From positions 992,001 to 1,056,000 of the forward strand of contig CAVSIV010000006.1 of assembly GCA_963728205.1 (NCBI GenBank): DNA of 64,000 bases, in the 5' to 3' direction. Below, one piece after another: positions 29,139-40,134 of the stretch. The DNA is from an uncultured Chloroflexia bacterium. GTDB lineage: Bacteria; Chloroflexota; Dehalococcoidia; UBA2979. How positions within the stretch are numbered: the stretch's first letter is position 1; each line of letters starts with the position of its first letter. Under the pieces are notes generated by a model. It did not search any database and had not been told where the DNA came from. It saw only the letters and a list, made by a program, of their open reading frames with translations. The position numbers were made by a program, and so were the translations under genes.

Positions 29139-29229
29139 CCGTCGGTCCTTCTCTACGCTTCACCGCGTAATCCGCCGGTCCCGGCGCGCGGGTTATGATA
29201 AGTGGACGGCTGACCGGAGTGCCCACCGC

Positions 29230-29856
29230 ATGCAAGCCACGCGCCAGCAGATCCTCGATTTCCTTCGTGCCGAGGGCGAGGGAAGCGTGCGCGATCTCGC
29301 CGACCACCTGGGGCTGACGTCGACCGGTGTGCGCCAGCACCTGACGGTGCTCGAGCGCGAGGGATTCGTGGTCAGCCGCGAGCTGCGCGGCAAGGTCGGG
29401 CGGCCGGCGCTCTCGTACTCGCTCACGAACGACGGTGAAGCGCTGTTCCCGAAGTCGTACGACAGGCTCGCGAGCGCGCTGCTCGTCGCGGCCCGCTCGA
29501 CGCTCGACGCGGACACCTTCGCCACCCTGCTGCGTCGCGCCGCCGGCCCGCTGGCCGCGCCCCACCTCGAGCAGCTCACCGTGCTGCCGCCGGCGGAGCG
29601 CATGGACGCGGCGTGCGAGGTGCTGCGGCAGTCGGACCTGGTGGTCGACTGGGAGCGCGATGCGCAGGGCAACTTCCTGCTGCATGAGCGCACGTGCCCG
29701 TACCTCGAGGTCGCTCGCGACGACCCCGCCGCGTGCATGATCGACGTCGCGTTCATCGAGCAGCTCACGGGCATGCATGCCGAGCTGACGTGCTGCCAGA
29801 TGCACGGCGGCAACGACTGCACCTATCGGATGCGCCCGGACGTCGCGTCCGCCTGA
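29230..29856 (+). CDS. ArsR/SufR-like HTH transcriptional regulator with Cys-containing C-terminal sensor domain
   Basis: LADHLGLTSTGVRQHL..GRPALSYSLT..FPKSY; CPY..C..CC..CTY. Confidence 0.85.
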   Translation: MQATRQQILDFLRAEGEGSVRDLADHLGLTSTGVRQHLTVLEREGFVVSRELRGKVGRPALSYSLTNDGEALFPKSYDRLASALLVAARSTLDADTFATLLRRAAGPLAAPHLEQLTVLPPAERMDAACEVLRQSDLVVDWERDAQGNFLLHERTCPYLEVARDDPAACMIDVAFIEQLTGMHAELTCCQMHGGNDCTYRMRPDVASA

Positions 29857-30102
29857 CCGACCGGCCGTCTGCTTCCCGCCCCTCACACCACCGCCTACAC
29901 TGGCGCCCGGCGGGGTGAGGGGATGCCGTGACGCGCCCTGATCGCCCCACGATCACCCGGCCCGACCCGGGCGCGCCGCGCGACGGCGTCACGCCGGCGT
30001 CGCCCGCGGGCACGGCTCCCGGCCACGCCTCGATCCGCAGCAGTGGGACCGGTCGATGATGACGACCCGGCGGCCGCGCATCGCGCCGCGCGCGAGAGGC
30101 CT

Positions 30103-32052
30103 GTGAGCACCTGGGTCGGTCGCTACGCCATGGTCGCCGGGCAGGCCGAGGAACACGGCCCCTGGCTCGTCGACCGCGTGCGCACGCGGGACGAGGAGAC
30201 CGTGCGCGTGCTCGTGGTGGCCGAGCCCGTCGACGCGCGCTCGAGCGAGTTCTGCGCCGAGGTGGCCGAGGCGGTGGCGGCGCTGTTCGGGCGCGAGACG
30301 CTTTCGATCACCGGCGGGTTGCAGCGCGCGCTCCAGCAGGCGCACGCGAACCTCGCGGAATGGAACCGGCGCTCGCTGCGCGAGCACCGCGTAGCGGTGG
30401 GCATCACCTGCGTGGCGATCCGCGAGGGCGTGGCGACCGTGGGGCAGGTCGGCCCCGGCGTCGCGTACACGTTCGGGCCCGAGGGCCTGCGGCGCCTGTC
30501 GACCGAGAACACGCCGGCGATGCACCCGCTCGGCGGCGAAGAGTCGATCCAGCCGCAGTTCACGGCCGTGCCGCTGCAGGACCGCGAGCTGCTGCTCCTG
30601 ACGAGCGGCGTGGAGGACGCGGTGCCGCCGCCGGCGATCGGGACGGCGCTGGCGGCCGGGCCGGAGCGCGCGCTCCCGGAGCTGTTCGTGCGCACGCGCG
30701 GCGTGGCCGACATGTCGGCCGTCCTGGTCGCCGAGCTCGACTACGACGAGCAGCCGGCGCCGCCGCCGCTCGTGCCGGCGGAGGACAGCGTCGAGGGGCG
30801 GCGCGTCGTGCTGGACGCGGGTCCCCCGGACGACGAACCGACGCCGGACCGGCGCCGCGCGGTGGTCGCGCTGCCGACGGTGCGGCGCCCGCCGCGCACG
30901 GTGGGGCGGCGCACGCCCGGGGGCGGCGGCAGCCCGCCGTGGCGCACGATCGGGCTCGCGGCGGCGGCCGTGATCGTGCTCGCCGCACTCGCGTGGGCGA
31001 TCCTGCCCGGCCTGCTGCGGCAGGACCGCGCGGCGAAGCTCGACCAGGTGCTCACGTCCGGCAACGCCGCGCTCGCGACGGCGAGCAGCGCGACGGACCC
31101 CTCGCGGCGGCGCGACGCGCTGAACACGGCGCTCAGCGACGCGGAGAGCGCGCGCGGCATCGCGCCCGACGACCCTCGCGTCGCGCAGCTCGAGGCGCAG
31201 GCGCGGTCGGCGCTCGCGGTCCTCGACGCGGTCGTCGACGTGAAGGACCTGCGCAGCGTTGTGACGTTCAGCGGGAAGATCACGGCGCCACTGCGGCCGG
31301 CCGCGCTCGCGAGCGGCGGCGGCTGGCTGTGGATGCTCGACGCGGAGAAGGGGCGTGTGTTCCGCATCGACCCGGCCGGCACGGGCGACCCGGTCGAGGT
31401 CTACCGCAGCGGCCAGGACTACGGCGGCACGCAGGCGCGCGACGTGATCGCGCTGACGTGGGAGCCCTCGGCGAAGCGGCTGCTCGTGTTCGACGTCGGG
31501 CGCACGCTGTGGGGCGTCGACCCGACCGGCGGGACCCCGCAGCCGGTCCCGCTGCGCGGGGCCGCCGAGCTGCGCACGCCCACGGCGATGACGGCGTACG
31601 CGGGGAACCTCTACATCCTGGACCCCGGAGCCGGCGAGGTGTGGCGCTACCTCCCGGCCGCGGACGGCTTCGACTCCGAGCGCGCGGGCCTGCTCGGCGG
31701 CATCGACCTCTCGCAGTCGACGGCGCTCGCGGTCGACGGCGACGTCTACGTGCTCGCCGGCGGCAAGCTGCGCGCGTTCCGCGGCGGCAAGGAGCTGGCG
31801 CCGCTGCTCGCCGGCATCGACAAGCCGCCCGACGCTCCCGTGGGCATGGTCGAGGACACGACGCGCGGCCTGATCTACGTCGCGGATCGGGCGCAGCAGC
31901 GCATCGTCGTCGGCGATCACAACGGACCGTTCGTGCGCCAGTTCCGCAACCCGGCGTTCTTCGACCTCAAGGGCGTCGCGGTCTCCGACGACGGCTCCAC
32001 CGTGTTCGCGCTCACGAGCGACGGCATCTCCGCGTTCCCGGCGCTGCCCTGA
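30103..32052 (+). CDS. Membrane protein: degenerate PP2C-like N-terminal domain, TM helix, C-terminal NHL/beta-propeller
   Basis: ALQQAHANL, QVGPGVAY, PLGG, LLLLTSG; TM near aa 285-305; repeats NLYILDP, AVDGDVYVL, LIYVAD. Confidence 0.7.
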   Translation: MSTWVGRYAMVAGQAEEHGPWLVDRVRTRDEETVRVLVVAEPVDARSSEFCAEVAEAVAALFGRETLSITGGLQRALQQAHANLAEWNRRSLREHRVAVGITCVAIREGVATVGQVGPGVAYTFGPEGLRRLSTENTPAMHPLGGEESIQPQFTAVPLQDRELLLLTSGVEDAVPPPAIGTALAAGPERALPELFVRTRGVADMSAVLVAELDYDEQPAPPPLVPAEDSVEGRRVVLDAGPPDDEPTPDRRRAVVALPTVRRPPRTVGRRTPGGGGSPPWRTIGLAAAAVIVLAALAWAILPGLLRQDRAAKLDQVLTSGNAALATASSATDPSRRRDALNTALSDAESARGIAPDDPRVAQLEAQARSALAVLDAVVDVKDLRSVVTFSGKITAPLRPAALASGGGWLWMLDAEKGRVFRIDPAGTGDPVEVYRSGQDYGGTQARDVIALTWEPSAKRLLVFDVGRTLWGVDPTGGTPQPVPLRGAAELRTPTAMTAYAGNLYILDPGAGEVWRYLPAADGFDSERAGLLGGIDLSQSTALAVDGDVYVLAGGKLRAFRGGKELAPLLAGIDKPPDAPVGMVEDTTRGLIYVADRAQQRIVVGDHNGPFVRQFRNPAFFDLKGVAVSDDGSTVFALTSDGISAFPALP

Positions 32053-32101
32053 CGCGGGCGGTGACCTGAACGAGAGCGGGCGTCGCGCTACGCTGGCGAC
32101 C

Positions 32102-33166
32102 ATGCGCATCCTCGCGATCGAGTCCTCGTGCGACGAGACGGCCGCCGCCGTCGTGGCCGACGGCCGCCGGCTGCTCGCCGGCGTCGTGGCGTCGCAGAGC
32201 GACCTGCACTCCGCGACCGGCGGCGTGGTGCCGGAGGTCGCGGCGCGCGCGCACCTGCGCGCGTTCGTGCCGGTGGTGCGGCGCGCGCTCGAGGAGGCGG
32301 AGTGCGGGTGGGAGGACCTCGACGCGATCGCCGCCACCGTCGGGCCCGGGCTTCCCGGCGCGCTCGTCGTGGGGCTGAACGGCGCCCGGGGCATCGCGTT
32401 CGCACGCGGGCTCCCGCTGATCCCGGTTGACCACATCGAGGGCCACGTCTGCGCGAACTGGCTCACCGGTCGCGGCGCGGAGCCGACGATCGCGCGCGGG
32501 CGCGAGGCGCGCGACGCCCCCGGACTGGCAGTGGGCGACGAGGCGCCGGTGCCGCCGCTGCCGGCGCTGGCCGTGGTGATCTCCGGCGGGCACACGGAGC
32601 TGCTGCTGATGGACGAGTCCGGCGCGTTCAGCCGGCTCGGCGGCACGCTCGACGACTCCGCCGGCGAGGCGTTCGACAAGGTCGCGCGGCTACTCGGCCT
32701 GGGCTATCCCGGCGGGCCACCGGTGTCGCGGCTCGCGAACGAGGCGACGGACCGCACGCTGCGGCTACCGCGGGCGTGGCTCCCGAAGAGCGACGACTTT
32801 TCGTTCTCGGGGTTGAAGACCGCGGTCCAGCAGGTGCTGCGCGAGGATGCGCCGTCGGCGGCCGAGGTGGCGTGGGCCTTCCAGGAGTCCGTGGCGGACG
32901 TGATCTCGAAGAAGGCGGCGCGGGTGGCCGAGCGGGAAGGGGTGGCCTCCGTGCTGGTGGCCGGCGGCGTCGCCGCGAATCCGCGGATCCGGGAGCGCAT
33001 CATCGAGCGCTCCCCCGTTCCCGTCTTCATCCCGCCGCCGTCGCTGTGCACGGACAACGCGGCGATGATCGGAGCCGCGGCGTTCCGCCACCTCGACGCG
33101 GCGCGGCCGGCTGCGGAGACGCTGGACATCAGGCCAGTGGCGTACCGCTCGCGTCGTCCGCGTTGA
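32102..33166 (+). CDS. tsaD: tRNA N6-adenosine threonylcarbamoyltransferase TsaD
   Basis: ILAIESSCDET, GGVVPEVAARAH, HIEGH, SGGHT, GEAFDK, FSFSGLKT, DNAAMI. Confidence 0.97.
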   Translation: MRILAIESSCDETAAAVVADGRRLLAGVVASQSDLHSATGGVVPEVAARAHLRAFVPVVRRALEEAECGWEDLDAIAATVGPGLPGALVVGLNGARGIAFARGLPLIPVDHIEGHVCANWLTGRGAEPTIARGREARDAPGLAVGDEAPVPPLPALAVVISGGHTELLLMDESGAFSRLGGTLDDSAGEAFDKVARLLGLGYPGGPPVSRLANEATDRTLRLPRAWLPKSDDFSFSGLKTAVQQVLREDAPSAAEVAWAFQESVADVISKKAARVAEREGVASVLVAGGVAANPRIRERIIERSPVPVFIPPPSLCTDNAAMIGAAAFRHLDAARPAAETLDIRPVAYRSRRPR

Positions 33167-34292
33167 CGGGACCGGCCGGCGGCGGCCGGGAGCACGGGCA
33201 CTGGCCGCAGCCGCCGCGCTCGCACCACAGCTCCTGCAGATGGAGCAGCCCCTGGCTGTAGAGCGCGCCGTGGGCGGCGCGGGCGCCGAGCAGGCCGGCC
33301 AGCGCGCGCGTGCGGCCATACGGGCGCGGCGCCGGCCAGCGATCGGCGAGGCGTGCCGTGGCGCGCGCCAGCGGTCCGCGATCGTAGGCGGCGGCGAGCG
33401 CCATCAGGAGCGGAAGCGCCGCGTTCCAGCCGAGCTCGGCCGCGCGCCCGCGGCCGATGCCCGGAACTGCAGTTCCGCCCGGACCCGCGCGTACGCGCAG
33501 CGCATCGATCAGCGTGGACGGCTCTCCCGCCACCGCAAGGTCCGCGAGGCGTGCGACGGTGGCCGGACCGAGGCCGGCGTTGACGGCGGCGGCGAGGCCG
33601 GCTCGCGCGGCGGCGTCCTCGCGCCGCCGGCCGGCGCTCGAGCGCAGCGCGCGGTCCAGCAGGAACGCCCACGCACCCTCCCAGCCGAGCTCCGCCGCGA
33701 GGCGCGCGGCGCGCCACGCACGCTCGGCGAGCCGGCACCGTCCCTCGGCGCGCACGAGCGCGCGCGTGGCCTCCGGTCCCAGCGCCGCGGCGGCCGGCGC
33801 GCACGGCTCGCCGCCGGCCGGGCCGCGGCGCAGGCGCGCGCGGAGCCGCTCGGCGTCGTGCCCGAGCACCGGTCCCACCGCGACCGTGTGTGCCATGCCG
33901 CCGAGCGGCACCGGCGTGGGACGGCCGCGCTCCGCGAGCGGACGGTCGTCCTCCCACACCAGGTGCAGCAGCACGCCCGCGTACGCGGGATCCGCGGCAT
34001 GCCCGTGGTGGACGAAGTCCGACGCGCGGAGGTGGACCTCCACGTCGCCGCAGGCGACGACCCCTGACTCGAGGACGACGGCGGCCTCGCGCACGTCCGG
34101 TCCGGGGCCGCGGCCCGCGCGACCGGGACGCAGGACCGGGTCCGGCAGCAGGACCGTCGGCACACGCCCGAGCAGCCAGAGCGCGGTGAGCTCGCGCTCC
34201 TCCAGCGGCCCCGCGTCGGCGCCACCAGCCGGCACGGCGGGCCCGGTAGCCCGGCGTCGGTGGACGCGCCGCGGCCGCGACGGCCCGCTCAC
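33129..34292 (-). CDS. DUF2851 family protein
   Basis: PGPD, GDVEVHLRASDF..HGH..DPAY..VLLHLV, C-terminal QGLLHL..CERGGCGQC; GTG overlaps the upstream TGA. Confidence 0.78.
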   Translation of the reverse strand: MSGPSRPRRVHRRRATGPAVPAGGADAGPLEERELTALWLLGRVPTVLLPDPVLRPGRAGRGPGPDVREAAVVLESGVVACGDVEVHLRASDFVHHGHAADPAYAGVLLHLVWEDDRPLAERGRPTPVPLGGMAHTVAVGPVLGHDAERLRARLRRGPAGGEPCAPAAAALGPEATRALVRAEGRCRLAERAWRAARLAAELGWEGAWAFLLDRALRSSAGRRREDAAARAGLAAAVNAGLGPATVARLADLAVAGEPSTLIDALRVRAGPGGTAVPGIGRGRAAELGWNAALPLLMALAAAYDRGPLARATARLADRWPAPRPYGRTRALAGLLGARAAHGALYSQGLLHLQELWCERGGCGQCPCSRPPPAGPVNADDASGTPLA

Positions 34293-34705
34293 GGAGCGTG
34301 CCCCTGTGCGTCGTCCGCGCCCACCGAACGATCGGTGGCCGCCTCGTAGTACCCGGATTCCTCCGCGACGAGGTGGAGCAGCCGGCGCGACATCCGCCGC
34401 GGCCGGCTGCTCCCGGTCTCCCACTCCGACACGGTCTGCTGGCGCGTGCCGAGGCGGTCCGCAAACACCGACTGGCTCGCACCGAGGTGGCGACGCAGCC
34501 CGCGAACGTGCTCCGCGTCCCACGCGTCCCACGCGTCCGGGCCGCCCGGCGCCGCGCTCGCGGGGCGCCGCCCTGCCACGCCGGGGGCCGCAGCCGGACC
34601 CCGCTCCGAACCAACCGCCTCCGCGGAGTCCGCCGGATCCGGCGCGCCCGCGGAACCGCCCGCCGCCGTCACTCGCCGGGTTGCCTTCGCTGCCTGCCGT
34701 GCCAC
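34289..34705 (-). CDS. XRE/Cro-type HTH protein
   Basis: VRGLRRHLGASQSVFADRLGTRQQTVSEWETG..P; start uncertain. Confidence 0.85.
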   Translation of the reverse strand: MARQAAKATRRVTAAGGSAGAPDPADSAEAVGSERGPAAAPGVAGRRPASAAPGGPDAWDAWDAEHVRGLRRHLGASQSVFADRLGTRQQTVSEWETGSSRPRRMSRRLLHLVAEESGYYEAATDRSVGADDAQGHAP

Positions 34706-34931
34706 GAGCGCGTCTCCATCCAGCCCGGCCCGCGGGGTGGGTGAGATGCGCCCGGCACCGGCCTACCGGGCGCACCCGCCGCCAATCGACGGCCGGTTGA
34801 ACCTACACGAAAGCGTGTAGTCTCCGACCACCGCCCCGTAGATTTGCGGGTCGGGTGCGGGCCTCCGGCGGTCACGACCGGTCCATGGACGCCGCCCCTG
34901 GAACCCCGTTCCGAATCTGCGACCGGCACGT

Positions 34932-34958
34932 CTAGCACTCTCCCATGAGGAGTGCTAA
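34932..34958 (+). promoter_or_regulatory. CIRCE element (HrcA operator)
   Basis: CTAGCACTC-N9-GAGTGCTAA upstream of groES; one mismatch to consensus. Confidence 0.93.
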
Positions 34959-35040
34959 CATCGCGCCCGCCAAACACACCAAACAGGCTCGCGGCGTCGG
35001 GGGCGCGCGGGCCAACGCATAGCGCCAGGGAGGCTCTACG

Positions 35041-35373
35041 TTGGCGACGAAGGTTGTGCCGCTGACTGATCACATCGTGCTGCAGGCGGTCGAGGAAGAA
35101 GAGGTCACCGCATCGGGCCTCGTCATTCCCGACTCCGCCAAGGAGAAGCCGCAGCACGGTCACGTCGTGTCGGTCGGCCCGGGCAAGATGAACGACGCCG
35201 GCGTGGTCGAGACCATCGACCTGAAGTCGGGCGATCGCGTCCTCTACCAGAAGTACACGGGGCAGGAAGTCACCGTGGACAAGGAGGACTACATCGTCAT
35301 CCGCTTCCAGGACGTCCTCGCGAAGCTCGAGGACGGCGCCGCCGGCGCCACGAAGGGCAGCAAGAAGAAGTAG
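35041..35373 (+). CDS. groES: Co-chaperonin GroES
   Basis: PLTDHI, TASGLVIPDSAKEKPQ, VGPG; GGAGG RBS, TTG start. Confidence 0.96.
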   Translation: MATKVVPLTDHIVLQAVEEEEVTASGLVIPDSAKEKPQHGHVVSVGPGKMNDAGVVETIDLKSGDRVLYQKYTGQEVTVDKEDYIVIRFQDVLAKLEDGAAGATKGSKKK

Positions 35374-35496
35374 CCCCCTCCGGGCTCAGCAGCACGAGCC
35401 GCCGCCCCGGGGCGGCGGCTCCGTCTCGGCGCCGCCTCCGGGCGCGCGCAGCGGGACGGCGCAAGAGCGCCACACACAGGTCGCACACAAAGGTAG

Positions 35497-37125
<1,629 letters not shown>

Positions 37126-37150
37126 CGAGCCGCCGCTGGTTCGTCAACGG

Positions 37151-37177
37151 AACGGGCCGCCCTGGGGCGGCCCGTTT
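37151..37177 (+). terminator. Probable terminator hairpin after groEL
   Basis: aacgggccgcc-ctgg-ggcggcccgtt followed by t; short U tract. Confidence 0.6.
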
Positions 37178-37374
37178 GCCGTCCATGCGCCGCAAGCGCG
37201 GGCTCGCAAACCTCTCGCCCGGTCTGTGCACGACGTTGCAGCGCCGTACCGATTCCGTATCGAAGTGTCGCCGGGCACCCGGATCTCAGGGTTTTCCCCG
37301 ACCCGATCCGCGGAGCGCGAGACGCATCCTGCCCGTTAGTTGGGCACGAGCCCTCGCGGACACGGAGATGCCCC

Positions 37375-37743
37375 ATGCTGCACGATTCGACCCTCGCCGT
37401 GGCCCCGTTCGAGGCCGCAACCGCCTCGAGCGCCCCGGGCGCCTGCCACTCGCCGCTGGGCCTGCGCGACCCTCTCGCGGCCGAGTTGCGGGACGGCGTG
37501 CTCCAGGACCTGCTCGCCGTCTCGATGCTGATCACGGCAGCTCGCAGCCCGCTCCATGGGGCGGGGTGTGAGCGCGCCGCCACGCTGCTGGACGACGCGC
37601 GCGCGATGCTGCAGGAGGATGTGGCACAGCTGCGCGGGGTGATCGGGGCGCTGGATCGCGCCGGCGCCGATCGATGGCGCGGTTGCGAGCGCGAGGAGCG
37701 GAGTGCGCGCACCCGGTACGCGGGCGATGCGATCAGCGGGTGA
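37375..37743 (+). CDS. Stand-alone HisKA_3-like dimerization domain protein (phospho-His replaced by Arg)
   Basis: LAAELRDGVLQDLLAVSMLI..LLDDARAMLQEDVAQLRGVIGAL; GGAG RBS 7 nt upstream. Confidence 0.55.
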   Translation: MLHDSTLAVAPFEAATASSAPGACHSPLGLRDPLAAELRDGVLQDLLAVSMLITAARSPLHGAGCERAATLLDDARAMLQEDVAQLRGVIGALDRAGADRWRGCEREERSARTRYAGDAISG

Positions 37744-38041
37744 GCGGGTCCCGCTCGACCACGATGCCGCCGCCCAGCTCGACGGCGCGCAACGCAGGCC
37801 CCGCCTCGGCATCGACGCCGACGCGCTCCCAGCCGGCGGGATACGGCACCTCGCGCGAGCCGACGCGCCATGTCCCGCCGCTCGACCAGCGCTGAGCATT
37901 GAGCTCGTGCTCGTCGCAGAGCGCGGCTTCGCTGCCCGGATGCCACCACGTGGCGGGCGCCTCACAGGTGCCCTCGACGCAGCAACTTCCCTCGGCCGAC
38001 ACGGCCTGCTGACAGGTGCGGGGCCCGGCGTCGTCGCTCAT
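37733..38041 (-). CDS. Small Cys/Trp-rich hypothetical protein
   Basis: C-x9-CC-x4-C..LCDEH; AGGGG upstream. Confidence 0.55.
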   Translation of the reverse strand: MSDDAGPRTCQQAVSAEGSCCVEGTCEAPATWWHPGSEAALCDEHELNAQRWSSGGTWRVGSREVPYPAGWERVGVDAEAGPALRAVELGGGIVVERDPLTR

Positions 38042-38151
38042 GTGCATCCCCCTGCGTGCGTCGTCGATCCCGCGCATCCTACACCGGGCGCGGCGGCGGG
38101 GCGGATCCCTCCGGGTACGCCGCGAGACACCCGGCGGGCCCGGCTGCGTCG

Positions 38152-38715
38152 CTAGGTGGCCGCGAGGCCGGCGCGGAACACGATGCGCTCCACCTCGGTG
38201 GGCAGCGCGTCGAGCGCGGCGTCCGCCGTGAGCACGTCGATCCCCGCGAGGAGCGCGTCGGGCTCCGGCTCGCCGGCCACCGTGACGGACACGGCGCGGA
38301 GCCAGCCGAGTCCCTCGACGCCGGTGCGCGGGTGTCGCATTCGCGCGGGCACGCGGACGGGCGCAACCCTGGGCGGAGCGGTCAGGCGCACACCCATGCG
38401 CGACGCGAGGAGCAGGCCGACCGCGTGCTCGAGGTCCTCGTCTTCCGCCGGCGGGTCGGTCGCCAGCAGCGCCGGGTGCGGCCAGTCCGGCCAGCGCGCG
38501 AGCAGGTAGTGGGGCGACGCCTCGTGACCTGCAACGTCCTGCTCGACGACGAGGAGGTAGCGTTCGGGGCGAGCGACCGTGCCGCCGCCGACGGAGCCCG
38601 GATCGGCCTGCTCGCCGGTCCGATTGATGTTGCCGGGCGCGAACCCGGGGCCGGGCGCGGGTGGGTTGGCCGTCGCTCGGGCGGGACCGCCGAGCGCGGC
38701 GCTACCCGGCTCCAT
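38152..38715 (-). CDS. Hypothetical protein (weakly NUDIX-fold-like)
   Basis: Overlaps the M16 peptidase stop; globular core RYLLVVE..YLLARW. Confidence 0.55.
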   Translation of the reverse strand: MEPGSAALGGPARATANPPAPGPGFAPGNINRTGEQADPGSVGGGTVARPERYLLVVEQDVAGHEASPHYLLARWPDWPHPALLATDPPAEDEDLEHAVGLLLASRMGVRLTAPPRVAPVRVPARMRHPRTGVEGLGWLRAVSVTVAGEPEPDALLAGIDVLTADAALDALPTEVERIVFRAGLAAT

Positions 38716-39997
38716 GGCCGTCCACCGTGAGCGCGCCGTCGAGCGTGTCCTCGTCGGGGATCGGACCGACCACCGAGAGGTGGATGCCATCGTCACGGAT
38801 CACCCGGGTCGCGACGCGCTCCACGTCTTCGATCGTGACCGCGGCGCTGCGAGCGAGCGTCTGCTCGGGGGAGACCAGCGGCAGCTCGAGCACGGCCTGC
38901 GAGCCGTAGAGGGCCGACACCGCGCGCGAGTCCTCGATGCGTAGCAGCACGCGCGCGCGCGCGACGGCCTTCGCGCGCTCCAGTTCGTCGGCCGTGATGG
39001 GCTGGCGCGCGCGACACAGCTCCTTCGAGATCTCGCGCACTGCCGCGACGGCGTTGTCCGGGTCGACGCCGGCGTAGACGGCGAACATCCCGGTGTCGAG
39101 CAGATGGGCGAGGTAAGTGTGGATGTCGTAGCAGAGCCCGAGCTCCTCGCGGAGGCGTGCGAACAGCCGCGACGACATGCCCTCGCCAAGCACGACCGAG
39201 AGCAGGTCGAGCGCGTAGCGATCGGGGTCGTGCGCATCGAGCCCGGTCATGCCGATCGAGAGGTGCGCCTGCTCCGTGTCCTTCTGGAGCACGCGCGTGC
39301 GCGGCCCGCGCAGCGTCTCGATGTTGGGCACCCAGTTGCACGGCGTTCCGGAGCGCCAGTCTCCGGCGTATCGCTCGACCAGCGCGCGCGTCTGCTCGAC
39401 GTCGACGGCGCCGGCGATCGAGATCACCGCGGCGTTGGCGACGTACTGGCCGTGGTAGTAGGCGCGGATGAGATCGCGATCGAGGCTCGTCACCGACTGC
39501 GGGGTCCCCGCGATGTCGCGGCCATGCGGCTGGTCGGCCCAGAGCAGGGCATCGAGCTGGATGCCGGCCTGCTCCGCGGGCGAGTCCTCCACGGCGGCCA
39601 GCTCCTCGAGGATGACGCCGCGCTCCCGCTCGATCTCGTGATCGAGGCAGAGGGAGTTGCGGAGCATGTCGAGCAGCACATCGAGCGCGCGCTCCTGGTG
39701 CTCGGGCGTGACCTTCGCGTAGTAGACCGTGAGCTCGCGGTTCGTCGCCGCGTTGATCGTGCCGCCGATGGCGTCGATCTCGATAGAGACGTCGAGGGGC
39801 CGCGGACGGCGCTCCGTTCCCTTGAAGCAGATGTGTTCGAGGAAGTGAGCCACCCCGGCGTCCTCGGTGGTGTGCTCGAACCGCGAACCCGCCGCGAGGT
39901 ACACGGAGATCGCGACCGAGTGCGCGTGCGGCATCGGCGTGACGAGCAGCCGCAGCCCGTTCGGCAGCGTGGTCAGGCTCGGCGTCAGGTGCTCCAT
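38702..39997 (-). CDS. M16 family zinc peptidase
   Basis: TLPNGLR, GVAHFLEH (HxxEH), GMSSRLFARLREELGLCY. Confidence 0.93.
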   Translation of the reverse strand: MEHLTPSLTTLPNGLRLLVTPMPHAHSVAISVYLAAGSRFEHTTEDAGVAHFLEHICFKGTERRPRPLDVSIEIDAIGGTINAATNRELTVYYAKVTPEHQERALDVLLDMLRNSLCLDHEIERERGVILEELAAVEDSPAEQAGIQLDALLWADQPHGRDIAGTPQSVTSLDRDLIRAYYHGQYVANAAVISIAGAVDVEQTRALVERYAGDWRSGTPCNWVPNIETLRGPRTRVLQKDTEQAHLSIGMTGLDAHDPDRYALDLLSVVLGEGMSSRLFARLREELGLCYDIHTYLAHLLDTGMFAVYAGVDPDNAVAAVREISKELCRARQPITADELERAKAVARARVLLRIEDSRAVSALYGSQAVLELPLVSPEQTLARSAAVTIEDVERVATRVIRDDGIHLSVVGPIPDEDTLDGALTVDGHGAG

Positions 39998-40134
39998 CGG
40001 GGTCCGTTCGGTGGGGGGAAGCAGTCGATCGTGTTCATGATCATCACACACAGACGACAGCGCGCGCCGCGCATTCTACGGTCACACCTCATGGGCGCAA
40101 TCGTCAGGTTCGATTCGCGCGCGGCCGCGCTCGT

